Shown: piece after piece, positions 37,051-50,560 of the stretch | Numbering within the stretch: position 1 is the first letter of the stretch | Layout of the letters: each line of letters opens with the position of its first letter | NCBI GenBank assembly: GCA_964016885.1 | Contig: OZ024740.1 | Location: 50,964,001-51,028,000, forward strand | Direction: 5' to 3' | Length of the DNA stretch: 64,000 nt | Source: Eledone cirrhosa | Lineage: Eukaryota | The notes under the pieces: generated by a model | Database searches by the model: none | Told to the model about the DNA's origin: nothing | What the model saw: the letters and a program-made list of their open reading frames with translations, nothing else | Program-made: the position numbers and the translations under genes

Positions 37051-37846
37051 TGGTCCCTACAATGCATACAGCTAATCCAAGGAGAGAAAGAGAAGGGGAG
37101 AGAGAGAGAGAATAAGGGAATAAGAGAGAGAGAGAGGGGGGCAGAGGGTTGAGAGAGGAAATAACTGGCCTTTCTTTGACTTAAAAGGCTAAGGGAGATT
37201 TGAGTTCAGTACAGAGAGCTGGAACAAATATTTTGAGGTATTATATCCAATACACTAACAACTCTTCCAAATCGCCTTACACACACACACACACGCAGAC
37301 ACACACATGCTCATGTTCCGTGCAAAATCTGGCAGTTTATATAAACCTGTCTGTTCACTCTTAGTATTAAGTGTCATTCACCTAGTTTATGATTTCAAAC
37401 ATTAGACAAGCTTAACTTACAAGCTTTAGGAAATTATATTATGTTTTATATTTTTTTTTATGGTGTACAATTCTGTCATTGTGGATTGGGGACAAAACAA
37501 AATGATATTAATATTCAAATTAATAAAAGTGACATGTTGGCAGAAAGAGACAAGCGTTAATTAAGTGCTTTAGAGGATTTTTTTTTATAGTTTCTTCTCT
37601 CACTTTCTTTCTATTTCTCTTTGTCATTCCTTCTCCCTCCCCCTCTTGTTCTCTTTCTCCCCTCCCCCTCTCTTTATTCTGAATACAAATTCTTCTGGGA
37701 TTGATTTTACATTTTTGCGTTATTTTATTTTTTTGGTGTTTAGTTGTTATTTTCTAGACAGTATTGTTGGTTAGAGGCGTTCAATGAGTAGTCACTCCTG
37801 ACAGTATATTTTATATGACAAGAGCAAAACATGTCTATAATAGATA

Positions 37847-38145
37847 ATACTGGTCAACACACTTTTTGTTGACTTAGGTTTTGTTGTTGTTTTTAGCTAA
37901 TTTTGAGGTGCTGATTTCAAATATAGCATCCATTTCCCCCTAACACATCAGGTTTTCATCTTTGTCTTTTACTTGGCTATCCCATAAACACAGATATTTT
38001 GTATCCCTCCTTGTTGGCCAAGTGAAAACTTGCCGTAATAGAAAAAATGTATTGTCATTTTTAAACTCAACAGCCTCAAATTACTCGAGAACAGGTCTCA
38101 AACTTTGGTCAGCAGAAAAAAAAGCAAAACTTTGTTGACCAATGT
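37847..38145. mobile_element. MITE-like element with short TIRs; partial duplicate at 38192-38275
   Basis: atactggtcaaca ... tgttgaccaatgt; subterminal gaggtgctgatttcaaa and its approximate complement. Confidence 0.55.
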
Positions 38146-38879
38146 GATATCTTTTGTAGCTATGACTGGGGCCAATATGGACCAGCCTATGATAGAAAAA
38201 ATGGATTGCCATTTTAAAACTCAGCGGTCTCAAATTAATTAAGAACAGGTCTCAAACTTTGGTCAGCAGAAAAATTATAATTATGCACTACTTTGGCATT
38301 GAATACTTTTTGAAATCTTATTTGTAAATTCAAATCTCTCTACATATATATGTATATATAGAGTCTTGCTACTCTGGAATTTCTCCTGTGTACTTAATAG
38401 AGTCAACTACTTTTGAGGTAAACAAGAGAAATAGGAAATTAATAAGACTGAAGCTTGGCCATAATAAAAAAAATATTAATCTCTACTAAGGTATTGATTA
38501 ATCATTTTTACAACTTTCATTACTCTGTGTGTGTAGGGGCATAGACAAATATATTTCAGAAGAAATTTTACTATACAGGAAAGCTATTTTATCTAAATTT
38601 CTTTGTAAATTAGATTTTAAGCCTGACTACTAAATAATTTTTTTACGAAACTCAAGATCATTTTTCCTTTTCATTTTATCTTTTACAATGGTCTATTTTT
38701 CAAACAATTTTCATAGGTTCAACCCTGCAACTGATACACTGGAGTTATTTACAGTGAATCATACACCACACCTACTCAATTCTACCATGTAACACATACT
38801 ATTTGCTTTAAGTTAATCACTCCGAAATAAACATATAATCTCTTTCCAATTAAGTAACTCCTATATTTCACCCCACCTC

Positions 38880-39107
38880 ATCCACTTCCTGGACATCTCC
38901 AGCTCCATTGACCCTTCTCCCATCGTTCCCTAATCAATCTCTGCCTTCTTCAAACCCACCGACTACCACTCCTACCTTGATTTTATCTCATCCCACCCTA
39001 CTCATACCAAACACTCTATCCCCTACTCTCAATTCCTCCACCTCCACCACCCATGCACTCATGATTTTGAAATGGAGGCCCATTACATAGCTAGACTGTT
39101 CACTCAG
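38880..39107 (+). mobile_element. Penelope-like element RT thumb fragment
   Basis: IHFLDIS...FFKPTDYHSYLDFISSHPTHTKHSIPYSQFL with one stop; fits the Penelope KPT...YL...S.HP...K.SIP.SQ pattern. Confidence 0.75.
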
Positions 39108-39159
39108 TATTTCTCCACTTGCCGTGTTCCTTCGCCATCTCCTCTGTGAGTCTCAGCAA

Positions 39160-39370
39160 TTGGAGGTCAGCTCTCACCACCTCTGCCTAAGTCTTTCTTG
39201 GTCTACCTCTACTGCAGCTTCCTTCAACAGGCATTTCTTCACCCAACAATCATCATCCATATACATCACATGTCTGTACCAGCACAGTCTTCTCTCTTGC
39301 ACATCACCTCGGATTGCTTTTAAGCCCAGCTTCGCCCTCAACTCATCCAAGCTATACCTTTCTCTTACAT
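39160..39370 (-). mobile_element. Old RTE C-terminal fragment
   Basis: [38 protein letters not shown]. Confidence 0.75.
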
Positions 39371-39387
39371 TTACATATATATATATG

Positions 39388-39452
<65 letters not shown>

Positions 39453-39502
39453 TATATACATACATTTATATATATATATATATACCTATATACATTCACA
39501 CA

Positions 39503-39550
<48 letters not shown>

Positions 39551-39927
39551 TCATTGTTTAATGTCTATTTTCCATGCTAGCATGGGTTAGACAAGTTGTC
39601 CAGTTGTGAGATAAGCCAGGTCGGATGACACAGAACTGATTTTGGCTTAATTTCTATGGCTGGGTACCCTTCCTAATGTCAACTAAATTTACGCCAGACC
39701 ACTTCCCCTCCTACCACTGTTCTCCTTTTTTATTTTTTTATTTTCTTTCTAATTTTATTTTAAACAAAGATTTTACTTTTTATTTTCTTTGTGTTTTTCC
39801 TTTTGTGTTTTTCATGAAGGGCAAATGCCCAATACATTGACTATGTAACTCACTCTTCTTCCTCCTAGCATGAAACTAATACAACTTTATCCTCTTTTTT
39901 GTTTGTATTTTGTTTCCTTGATATATA

Positions 39928-40011
<84 letters not shown>

Positions 40012-41056
40012 AATAAACAAAGTCAAGAATGTTAAGTGTAATAGGAACAGTAACAATAAAATAATGCTCTTTAGTGTGAAAGATAAAACTAATACCACCA
40101 CCACCATCACCAGCAGCAGCACTACTACAACAACAACAATAGTTCTAGGAACAATTTCCAAACTGATTAATAGGTTCTGAAATGAGAAATTTCTTCAGGG
40201 AGGAAAAATGTTGTCTGAGAGATTCTAATGGGATAATATTTTAACAGTAAGCCAAAAATAGAAGTTAGATAAAGAATGAATAAAATACTATTTTGTATTT
40301 TGAGAGGAAACCTGCTACATGAAGTGTTCCCTTTGTCTTTTGTCTGTATCTTTCTATTTTTGTCTTTATCTCAATGTCTCTCAGCTCTCTCAGCTTTCTG
40401 TGAAACGTTATCTTTTTTACACTGTTTTTAATAAATGGATCATAGAGTTTAATAGGGGAGTGGGTCCTAACTCTTTAACATTTAAACCGGCCATATCCAG
40501 CCAGAATTGTCTCACCTCTTTCTGTTCAAACCGGCTGTAACTGGCCACACATACTTATGTTAAGGTATTATTCTCAAAATAAATAATATCAAAATCTCAT
40601 AGATTCGATATTGTGCGAGATGATTATGAGAGGTAAAGCTTTTACCATGAAAATACAATAGTAAATATAGAGTAATGTAAATGTTCAAGGGTTAATGTAG
40701 CTTTTAGGCAATGAAATTCAAGCATCAATGTAGCTGTTGATATTGTTGTTTAACCCTAGATGATCCGTATTCAAACGTACCTACAGTCAAAGGTGCTCAA
40801 GTTATGACAGCCCCATCATTTTTCAGACATAGTTATCAAGAATTACATCATCTAATGTATCCTTCTTTTTCCCAATTTGGTGTATTAAGAAGATTTGGCT
40901 GTTGTTTCTAGTAGTTTCAGTGATCAGATAGAGACTACTCCTCACAGGCTTGCTTAATTTAGTCTTTAAAGAATGAAGCATAAGGTTTAATGTGTCTCTT
41001 AGTGGAATGAAATATATGAGTTAATGTCATTTCAACAAAAAATGCAACACTGAAAA

Positions 41057-41222
41057 ATAATTGTTTCTACTTTTGGCACAAGGCCAGCAAGTATCCCAGT
41101 ACATTACTGGTACTTTATTTTATCGACCCTGTAAGGATGAAAGGCAAAGTTAACCTCGGCGAGATTTGAACTGAGACTGTAAGGGGCCGTAACTATTCTG
41201 CAAAGCATGGCGTCCGACCCTC
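41057..41222 (-). mobile_element. SINE family S1
   Basis: Matches 2071-2258 reversed. Confidence 0.8.
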
Positions 41223-41519
41223 AAATTTTTTTACTGAAAAATAATGTAAAATGAACAGAGAAAAAGAAATGAAAAGAAAAACAAGATTATGCAGAATATT
41301 TTATTTTGCTTTACAAAACCACATATGTTCATCTTAAAAAATACAGAATCTCAGAGGGGTGGGGGGGGGGGGGATAAAAAACAAAAAAAAACACTGATTT
41401 CTGAAGCCAAATGCACTGTTCAATAATCATGAGTAAGGTATGTATTTGTGTGCACATATATATATGTGCATGTATATATGCATATGTATGTATTTGTCTA
41501 TATGCTTTAAAGAATTTTG

Positions 41520-43029
41520 CCACTGGTCTACAATGTTTATTTATTTAGAGGATAAAGTCCTCAGTTTCATCCGCTGTCAGAGAAGAGAACGGTACCCCAA
41601 TACATATTGAAAAAAAAAAAAAATTAAATAAATGAAAAAAAGGTGAAAAATATATCAACAACAACAAAAAAAAGAACATGATGATTGAAAGAAGAAGGGA
41701 AAATTAAAAGGAAAATAAATAAATGAAGAGGATAAAATAAATTTTAGAATGTCTATATAAGGTGAGAAATTAAGGAAGCAATTCTTGTTTCTAGTAAAAG
41801 AAAACCTGTCAAATGAAGCTGTACTTTGCAACATATGGCAAACAATTAAAAACAAATCTTAATCTGTTCACAAACAACAATAATCAATACTTCCAGTTTG
41901 TAGCTCGTGTATATTTAGCATTAAGCAACTGAGAAAGAAATCTCCATCTTAATAAGTGTCCAATCTATCAGATGTAACTGTTTTGAAAGGTTCTGTTTTA
42001 TCAAAGTGGACTGAATGAAACAAGTAAAATTAACTGATTGCCATTAAATCTAATTTATGTTCTTTGGTTATCTTATGTAATATCATCGTCGTCATCATCA
42101 TCATCATCATTACTATTGATGTGTTGCTAAAATCAGGATTTTTTACTTGCTTATTCTACATTCTTCATACCAATGACTGTTACCGTCCAGGCCTTCCTTT
42201 AACTATGGTCAAACTTCATAGAATAAAAATATGAGTTCTTTCTATTTGGAATACAAAGAAGATATTCTGAGTAAGATATATTAGATGTGTCAGTTAAAAG
42301 CCAAAATGTTTTCTTTTATTGGCAAATTCATTTTATTCCATCTCATGATTTGCAATTGTTCCATCTATATTCTATTGAAACAAAGGCTGCATCTGACAGA
42401 CTTTCAGAACTTGAACTCATACACAGGACAAGCATTAAGAATGGTTTTCTGAAGGGAGTCAGGAAGAAACCATATTTAAATAAGGTACTCAATACATTAG
42501 TAGAGAAGATATATATTTATTTCATATAGAAAATACTTCTACAGGACTAGAACTGTTTCAAGCATATGAAATTATAAGTCATATATATATGTGTGTGTGT
42601 GTGTATAAATTCCTCCTGCATTAAACCCCCACCAAATGTACTCCAATAAGGCACTGCTCATAATAAAAATAATGTCATTTTAGTACAGATCTTCGTGATT
42701 TGTATTCTTAATGTATAATTAATAAATAGTAAAAGAGTATGCTCATATATATATATATAATAACTATGGAGAAAAAGGGCCAGTTATTGTTAGGTTATGG
42801 AAGGGAATGTCTGGGTAGGGTGTGAGTGTGTATGTATGTGACAAAACAGATAAGAAAGGTGTGTCCCAAGTTTAATGGGCCACGCCTCAGCCAGGAAGTT
42901 ATAAAACAAAGAATTAATGTTGTATATCTACATGAGCAATCAAACACACATACACATTCTCAAACAGACTGACATACACATTCATACATATATTTACATA
43001 CACTACACAAACACACACCAGACATTTAG
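41520..43029 (-). other. Probable long 3'UTR of the PDZ-LIM gene
   Basis: No recognisable TE in this AT-rich stretch after the terminal acceptor; tandem AATAAA on the minus strand at 41536-41545. The end point is uncertain. Confidence 0.5.
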
Positions 43030-43033
43030 CTAT
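43030..43033 (-). CDS. PDLIM: PDZ-LIM gene probable terminal exon, coding part (A of AGA-Arg + TAG)
   Basis: Long poly-T tract + CAG acceptor at 43034-43063 (minus). AG|A TAG completes Arg and stops. Confidence 0.6.
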
Positions 43034-43534
43034 CTGAAAAAAAAAAAAAAAAAAAAAAAAAAACACCCCAAGCCACTCACCGAAAAAAAAAAAAGTAATT
43101 GTGATAAAAACAGTCCATAAAAAATAATTCCCAGCAATAGAGGGAGTTCAATTAAGGGCAAATCTGTAAAATTCAAAGCATTGGTAAGTAAAAGGAAAAA
43201 CAGAAATTAAGCAAGTAGGGCAGACATAAGTAATAGCTTTTTTCAGTTGCACTGATGTGTATACAGACGATGTGTATTTTAATGTAACAGTGATCATAAC
43301 TGGTTTATTTCTTTACAAACATACATCAGAGTCGGTAGAGTATAAACAGAAACAATCAACTGGTATTCTTCCTTTAACAAGAGGTGAAGAATATAAAATG
43401 TTCTTTTTTTGTGTTTACCTGTATAAAAATAAAAGAAGAGAAAAGAAAAGTATTAATTAATGACTAAAAGCAAAGGTCGATTTCTCTATTAAAGAAATAT
43501 ATTTGTGTGTATGAGTGTGTCTGTACATATACAT

Positions 43535-46500
43535 GTTGATGATGGTTGTGGTAATGGTGATAGTGGTGGTGTTGGTGATGGTTGTGGTAATGGTGATAGT
43601 GGTGGTGTTGGTGATGGTTGTGGTAATGGTGATAGTGGTGGTGTTGGTGGTGGTTGTGGTAATGGTGATAGTGGTGGTGTTGGTGATGGTTGTGGTAATG
43701 GTGGTAGTGGTGGTGTTGGTGATGGTTGTGGTAATGATAGTGGTGGTGTTGGTGGTGGTTGTGGTAATGGTGATAGTGGTGGTGTTGGTGGTGGTTGTGG
43801 TAATGGTGGTAGTGGTGGTGTTGGTGGTGGTTGTGGTAATGGTGATAGTGGTGGTGTTGATGGTGGTTGTGGTAATGGTGATAGTGGTGGTGTTGGTGAT
43901 GGTTGTGGTAATGATAGTGGTGGTGTTGGTGGTGGTTGTGGTAATGGTGATAGTGGTGGTGTTGGTGGTGGTTGTGGTAATGGTGATAGTGGTGGTGTTG
44001 GTGGTGGTTGTGGTAATGGTGATAGTGGTGGTGTTGGTGGTGGTTGTGGTAATGGTGATAGTGGTGGTGTTGGTGGTGGTTGTGGTAATGGTGATAGTGG
44101 TGGTGTTGGTGGTGGTTGTGGTAATGGTGGTAGTGGTGGTGTTGGTGGTGGTTGTGGTAATGGTGATAGTGGTGGTGTTGGTGGTGGTTGTGGTAATGGT
44201 GATAGTGGTGGTGTTGGTGGTGGTTGTGGTAATGGTGATAGTGGTGGTGTTGGTGGTGGTTGTGGTAATGGTGATAGTGGTGGTGTTGGTGGTGGTTGTG
44301 GTAATGGTGATAGTGGTGGTGTTGGTGATGGTTGTGGTAATGGTGATGGTGGTGGTGTTGGTGTTGGTGGTGGTTGTGGTGATAGTGGTGGTGTTGGTGA
44401 TGGTTGTGGTAATGGTGATAGTGGTGGTGTTGGTGGTGGTTGTGGTAATGGTGATAGTGGTGGTGTTGGTGGTGGTTGTGGTAATGGTGATAGTGGTGGT
44501 GTTGGTGGTGGTTGTGGTAATGGTGATAGTGGTGGTGTTGATGGTGGTTGTGGTAATGGTGATAGTGGTGGTGTTGGTGGTGGTTGTGGTAATGGTGATA
44601 GTGGTGGTGTTGGTGATGGTTGTGGTAATGATAGTGGTGGTGTTGGTGGTGGTTGTGGTAATGGTGATAGTGGTGGTGTTGGTGGTGGTTGTGGTAATGG
44701 TGATAGTGGTGGTGTTGGTGGTGGTTGTGGTAATGGTGATAGTGGTGGTGTTGGTGGTCGTTGTGGTAATGGTGATGGTGGTGGTGTTGGTGGTGGTTGT
44801 GGTAATGGTGATAGTGGTGGTGTTGGTGGTGGTTGTGGTAATGGTGATAGTGGTGGTGTTGGTGGTGGTTGTGGTAATGGTGATGGTGGTGTTGGTGGTG
44901 GTTGTGGTAATGGTGATAGTGGTGGTGTTGATGATGGTTGTGGTAATGGTGATAGTGGTGGTGTTGGTGATGGTTGTGGTAATGGTGATAGTGGTGGTGT
45001 TGGTGGTGGTTGTGGTGATAGTGGTGGTGTTGGTGGTGGTTGTGGTAATGGTGATAGTGGTGGTGTTAGTGGTGGTTGTGGTAATGGTGATAGTGGTGGT
45101 GTTGGTGGTGGTTGTGGTAATGGTGATAGTGGTGGTGTTGGTGGTGGTTGTGGTAATGGTGATAGTGGTGGTGTTGGTGGTGGTTGTGGTAATGGTGATA
45201 GTGGTGGTGTTGGTGATGGTTGTGGTAATGGTGATAGTGGTGGTGTTGGTGGTGGTTGTGGTGATAGTGGTGGTGTTGGTGGTGGTTGTGGTAATGGTGA
45301 TAGTGGTGGTGTTGGTGGTGGTTGTGGTAATGGTGATAGTGGTGGTGTTGGTGGTGGTTGTGGTAATGGTGATAGTGGTGGTATTGGTGGTGGTTGTGGT
45401 AATGGTGATAGTGGTGGTGTTGGTGGTGGTTGTGGTAATGGTGATAGTGGTGGTGTTGGTGGTGGTTGTGGTAATGGTGATAGTGGTGGTGTTGGTGGTG
45501 GTTGTGGTAATGGTGATAGTGGTGGTGTTGGTGGTGGTTGTGGTAATGGTGATAGTGGTGGTGTTGGTGGTGGTTGTGGTAATGGTGATAGTGGTGGTGT
45601 TGGTGGTGGTTGTGGTAATGGTGATAGTGGTGGTGTTGGTGGTGGTTGTGGTAATGGTGATAGTGGTGGTGTTGGTGGTGGTTGTGGTAATGGTGATAGT
45701 GGTGGTGTTGGTGGTGGTTGTGGTAATGATAGTGGTGGTGTTGGTGGTGGTTGTGGTAATGGTGATAGTGGTGGTGTTAGTGGTGGTTGTGGTAATGGTG
45801 ATAGTGGTGGTGTTGGTGGTGGTTGTGGTAATGGTGATAGTGGTGGTGTTGGTGGTGGTTGTGGTAATGGTGATAGTGGTGGTGTTGATGGTGGTTGTGG
45901 TAATGGTGATAGTGGTGGTGTTGGTGGTGGTTGTGGTGATAGTGGTGGTGTTGGTGGTGGTTGTGGTAATGGTGATAGTGGTGGTGTTGGTGGTGGTTGT
46001 GGTAATGGTGATAGTGGTGGTGTTGGTGGTGGTTGTGGTAATGGTGATAGTGGTGGTGTTGGTGGTGGTTGTGGTAATGGTGATAGTGGTGGTGTTGGTG
46101 GTAGTTGTGGTGATAGTGGTGTTGTTGGTGGTGGTTGTGGTAATGGTGATAGTGGTGGTGTTGGTGCTGGTTGTGGTAATGGTGATAGCGGTGGTGTTGG
46201 TGGTAGTTGTGGTGATAGTGGTGGTGTTGGTGGTGGTTGTGGTAATGGTGATAGTGGTGGTGTTGGTGGTAGTTGTGGTGATAGTGGTGGTGTAGGTGGT
46301 GGTTGTGGTAATGGTGATAGTGGTGGTGTTGGTGGTAGTTGTGGTGATAGTGGTGGTGTTGGTGGTGGTTGTGGTAATGGTGATAGTGGTGGTGTTGATG
46401 GTGGTTGTGGTAATGGTGATAGTGGTGGTGTTGGTGATGGTTGTGGTAATGATAGTGGTGGTGTTGGTGGTGGTTGTGGTAATGGTGATAGTGGTGGTGT

Positions 46501-49500
46501 TGGTGGTGGTTGTGGTAATGGTGATAGTGGTGGTGTTGGTGGTGGTTGTGGTAATGGTGATAGTGGTGGTGTTGGTGGTGGTTGTGGTAATGGTGATGGT
46601 GGTGTTGGTGGTGGTTGTGGTAATGGTGATAGTGGTGGTGTTGGTGATGGTTGTGGTAATGATAGTGGTGGTGTTGGTGGTGGTTGTGGTAATGGTGATA
46701 GTGGTGGTGTTGGTGGTGGTTGTGGTAATGGTGATAGTGGTGGTGTTGGTGGTGGTTGTGGTAATGGTGATAGTGGTGGTGTTGGTGGTGGTTGTGGTAA
46801 TGGTGATGGTGGTGTTGGTGGTGGTTGTGGTAATGGTGATAGTGGTGGTGTTGGTGGTGGTTGTGGTAATGGTGATAGTGGTGGTGTTGGTGGTAGTTGT
46901 GGTGATAGTGGTGGTGTAGGTGGTGGTTGTGGTAATGGTGATAGTGGTGGTGTTGGTGGTAGTTGTGGTGATAGTGGTGGTGTTGGTGGTGGTTGTGGTA
47001 ATGGTGATAGTGGTGGTGTTGATGGTGGTTGTGGTAATGGTGATAGTGGTGGTGTTGGTGATGGTTGTGGTAATGATAGTGGTGGTGTTGGTGGTGGTTG
47101 TGGTAATGGTGATAGTGGTGGTGTTGGTGGTGGTTGTGGTAATGGTGATAGTGGTGGTGTTGGTGGTGGTTGTGGTAATGGTGATAGTGGTGGTGTTGGT
47201 GGTGGTTGTGGTAATGGTGATAGTGGTGGTGTTGGTGGTGGTTGTGGTAATGATAGTGGTGGTGTTGGTGGTGGTTGTGGTAATGGTGATAGTGGTGGTG
47301 TTAGTGGTGGTTGTGGTAATGGTGATAGTGGTGGTTGTGGTAATGGTGATAGTGGTGGTGTTGGTGGTGGTTGTGGTAATGGTGATAGTGGTGGTGTTGA
47401 TGGTGGTTGTGGTAATGGTGATAGTGGTGGTGTTGGTGGTGGTTGTGGTGATAGTGGTGGTGTTGGTGGTGGTTGTGGTAATGGTGATAGTGGTGGTGTT
47501 GGTGGTGGTTGTGGTAATGGTGATAGTGGTGGTGTTGGTGGTGGTTGTGGTAATGGTGATAGTGGTGGTGTTGGTGGTGGTTGTGGTAATGGTGATAGTG
47601 GTGGTGTTGGTGGTAGTTGTGGTGATAGTGGTGTTGTTGGTGGTGGTTGTGGTAATGGTGATAGTGGTGGTGTTGGTGCTGGTTGTGGTAATGGTGATAG
47701 CGGTGGTGTTGGTGGTAGTTGTGGTGATAGTGGTGGTGTTGGTGGTGGTTGTGGTAATGGTGATAGTGGTGGTGTTGGTGGTAGTTGTGGTGATAGTGGT
47801 GGTGTAGGTGGTGGTTGTGGTAATGGTGATAGTGGTGGTGTTGGTGGTAGTTGTGGTGATAGTGGTGGTGTTGGTGGTGGTTGTGGTAATGGTGATAGTG
47901 GTGGTGTTGATGGTGGTTGTGGTAATGGTGATAGTGGTGGTGTTGGTGATGGTTGTGGTAATGATAGTGGTGGTGTTGGTGGTGGTTGTGGTAATGGTGA
48001 TAGTGGTGGTGTTGGTGGTGGTTGTGGTAATGGTGATAGTGGTGGTGTTGGTGGTGGTTGTGGTAATGGTGATAGTGGTGGTGTTGGTGGTGGTTGTGGT
48101 AATGGTGATGGTGGTGTTGGTGGTGGTTGTGGTAATGGTGATAGTGGTGGTGTTGGTGATGGTTGTGGTAATGATAGTGGTGGTGTTGGTGGTGGTTGTG
48201 GTAATGGTGATAGTGGTGGTGTTGGTGGTGGTTGTGGTAATGGTGATAGTGGTGGTGTTGGTGGTGGTTGTGGTAATGGTGATAGTGGTGGTGTTGGTGG
48301 TGGTTGTGGTAATGGTGATGGTGGTGTTGGTGGTGGTTGTGGTAATGGTGATAGTGGTGGTGTTGGTGGTGGTTGTGGTAATGGTGATAGTGGTGGTGTT
48401 GGTGGTAGTTGTGGTGATGGTGGTGTTGGTGGTGGTTGTGGTAATGGTGATAGTGGTGGTGTTGGTGGTAGTTGTGGTGATAGTGGTGGTGTTGGTGGTG
48501 GTTGTGGTAATGGTGATAGTGGTGGTGTTGATGGTGGTTGTGGTAATGGTGATAGTGGTGGTGTTGGTGGTGGTTGTGGTAATGGTGATAGTGGTGGTGT
48601 TGGTGGTGGTTGTGGTAATGGTGATAGTGGTGGTGTTGGTGGTGGTTGTGGTAATGGTGATGGTGGTGTTGGTGGTGGTTGTGGTAATGGTGATAGTGGT
48701 GGTGTTGGTGGTGGTTGTGGTAATGGTGATAGTGGTGGTGTTGGTGGTGGTTGTGGTGATAGTGGTGGTGTTGGTGTTGGTGGTGGTTGTGGTAATGGTG
48801 ATAGTGGTGGTGTTGGTGGTGGTTGTGGTAATGGTGATAGTGGTGGTGTTGGTGGTGGTTGTGGTGATAGTGGTGGTGTTGGTGGTGGTTGTGGTTGTGG
48901 TAATGGTGATAGTGGTGGTGTTGGTGGTGGTTGTGGTGATAGTGGTGGTGTTGGTGTTGGTGGTGGTTGTGGTAATGGTGATGGTGGTGTTGGTGGTGGT
49001 TGTGGTAATGGTGATAGTGGTGGTGTTGGTGGTGGTTGTGGTGATAGTGGTGGTGTTGGTGTTGGTGGTGGTTGTGGTAATGGTGATAGTGGTGGTGTTG
49101 GTGGTGGTTGTGGTAATGGTGATAGAGGTGGTGTTGGTGGTGGTTGTGGTAATGGTGATAGTGGTGGTGTCGGTGGTGGTTGTGGTAATGGTGATAGTGG
49201 TGGTGTTGGTGGTGGTTGTGGTAATGGTGATAGTGGTGGTGTTGGTGGTGGTTGTGGTGATAGTGGTGGTGTTGGTGTTGGTGATGGTTGTGGTAATGGT
49301 GATAGTGGTGGTGTTGGTGATGGTTGTGGTAATGGTGATAGTGGTGGTGTTAGTGGTGGTTGTGGTAATGGTGATAGTGGTGGTGTTGGTGGTGGTTGTG
49401 GTGATAGTGGTGGTGTTGGTGTTGGTGATGGTTGTGGTAATGGTGATAGTGGTGGTGTTGGTGGTGGTTGTGGTAATGGTGATAGTGGTGGTGTTGGTGG

Positions 49501-50010
49501 TGGTTGTGGTAATGGTGATAGTGGTGGTGTTGGTGGTGGTTGTGGTAATGGTGATAGTGGTGGTGTTGGTGGTGGTTGTGGTAATGATAGTGGTGGTGTT
49601 GGTGGTGGTTGTGGTAATGGTGATAGTGGTGGTGTTGGTGGTGGTTGTGGTGATAGTGGTGGTGTTGGTGTTGGTGATGGTTGTGGTAATGGTGATAGTG
49701 GTGGTGTTGGTGGTGGTTGTGGTAATGGTGATAGTGGTGGTGTTGGTGATGGTTGTGGTAATGGTGATAGTGGTGGTGTTGGTGGTGGTTGTGGTAATGG
49801 TGATAGTGGTGGTGTTGGTGGTGGTTGTGGTGATAGTGGTGGTGTTGGTGTTGGTGATGGTTGTGGTAATGGTGATAGTGGTGGTGTTGGTGGTGGTTGT
49901 GGTAATGGTGATAGTGGTGGTGTTGGTGGTGGTTGTGGTAATGGTGATAGTGGTGGTGTTGGTGGTGGTTGTGGTAATGGTGATAGTGGTGGTGTTGGTG
50001 GTGTTGATAA
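43535..50010. repeat. 36-bp GGT-rich minisatellite, about 6.5 kb (roughly 180 units), intronic
   Basis: Unit ggtaatggtgatagtggtggtgttggtggtggttgt; length variants differ by whole triplets. Confidence 0.95.
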
Positions 50011-50489
50011 TACATATTAACAATAGCAACATTAACAAGCAGTTGAGCTAAACAAATTTAACAAAATTGTCAAGAAAACTTTATAAGGTGATATACTGTG
50101 GACCAATCACTATTGACAGCACCACCACCATGGATACCACCTTCATCTTCACCATCTATGTTACCACAGTTATCACCACCACCATCATCATTGCTAGGAT
50201 CACCATCACTACCGTCACCATTGCTAGGACCCCCATCACTACCATCATCACTAGCACCACTACCACCACATGCACATATACCTACATACTACCACGCACA
50301 CAGACCTGTGTCTCATATGCAGTCATTAGAGACACCTTCCTTCAACCTAGTAAAAGTCTGCTGCTGTACATTCCAACATACAGTATCATGAGATGTAGAG
50401 TGGTAGTTTCAGAAAGTTGTGTTCTCTAGGCATGGAGTAGACCTATAATAAATTATCATTAGGACCTGTATATACATTACCCTATGTAC

Positions 50490-50560
50490 TATACATACAC
50501 TTTTGATGAGTTGTAGTGCACCTGAGCACTGTACACAATATTTTCATTATTATTATTATT
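50490..50560 (+). mobile_element. CR1 3' terminal fragment
   Basis: ttgatgagttgtagtgcacctgagcactgtacacaata + (ATT)n, as at 18311 and 52833. Confidence 0.75.

Noticed and set aside
43457-50051. 2171-aa Gly/Cys-rich, 2193-aa Thr-rich and poly-Val ORFs as real genes
   Set aside because: Several frames on both strands are open simply because the repeat is built from NNT triplets. There is almost no synonymous variation, the two longest frames start at non-ATG codons, and the location is intronic.
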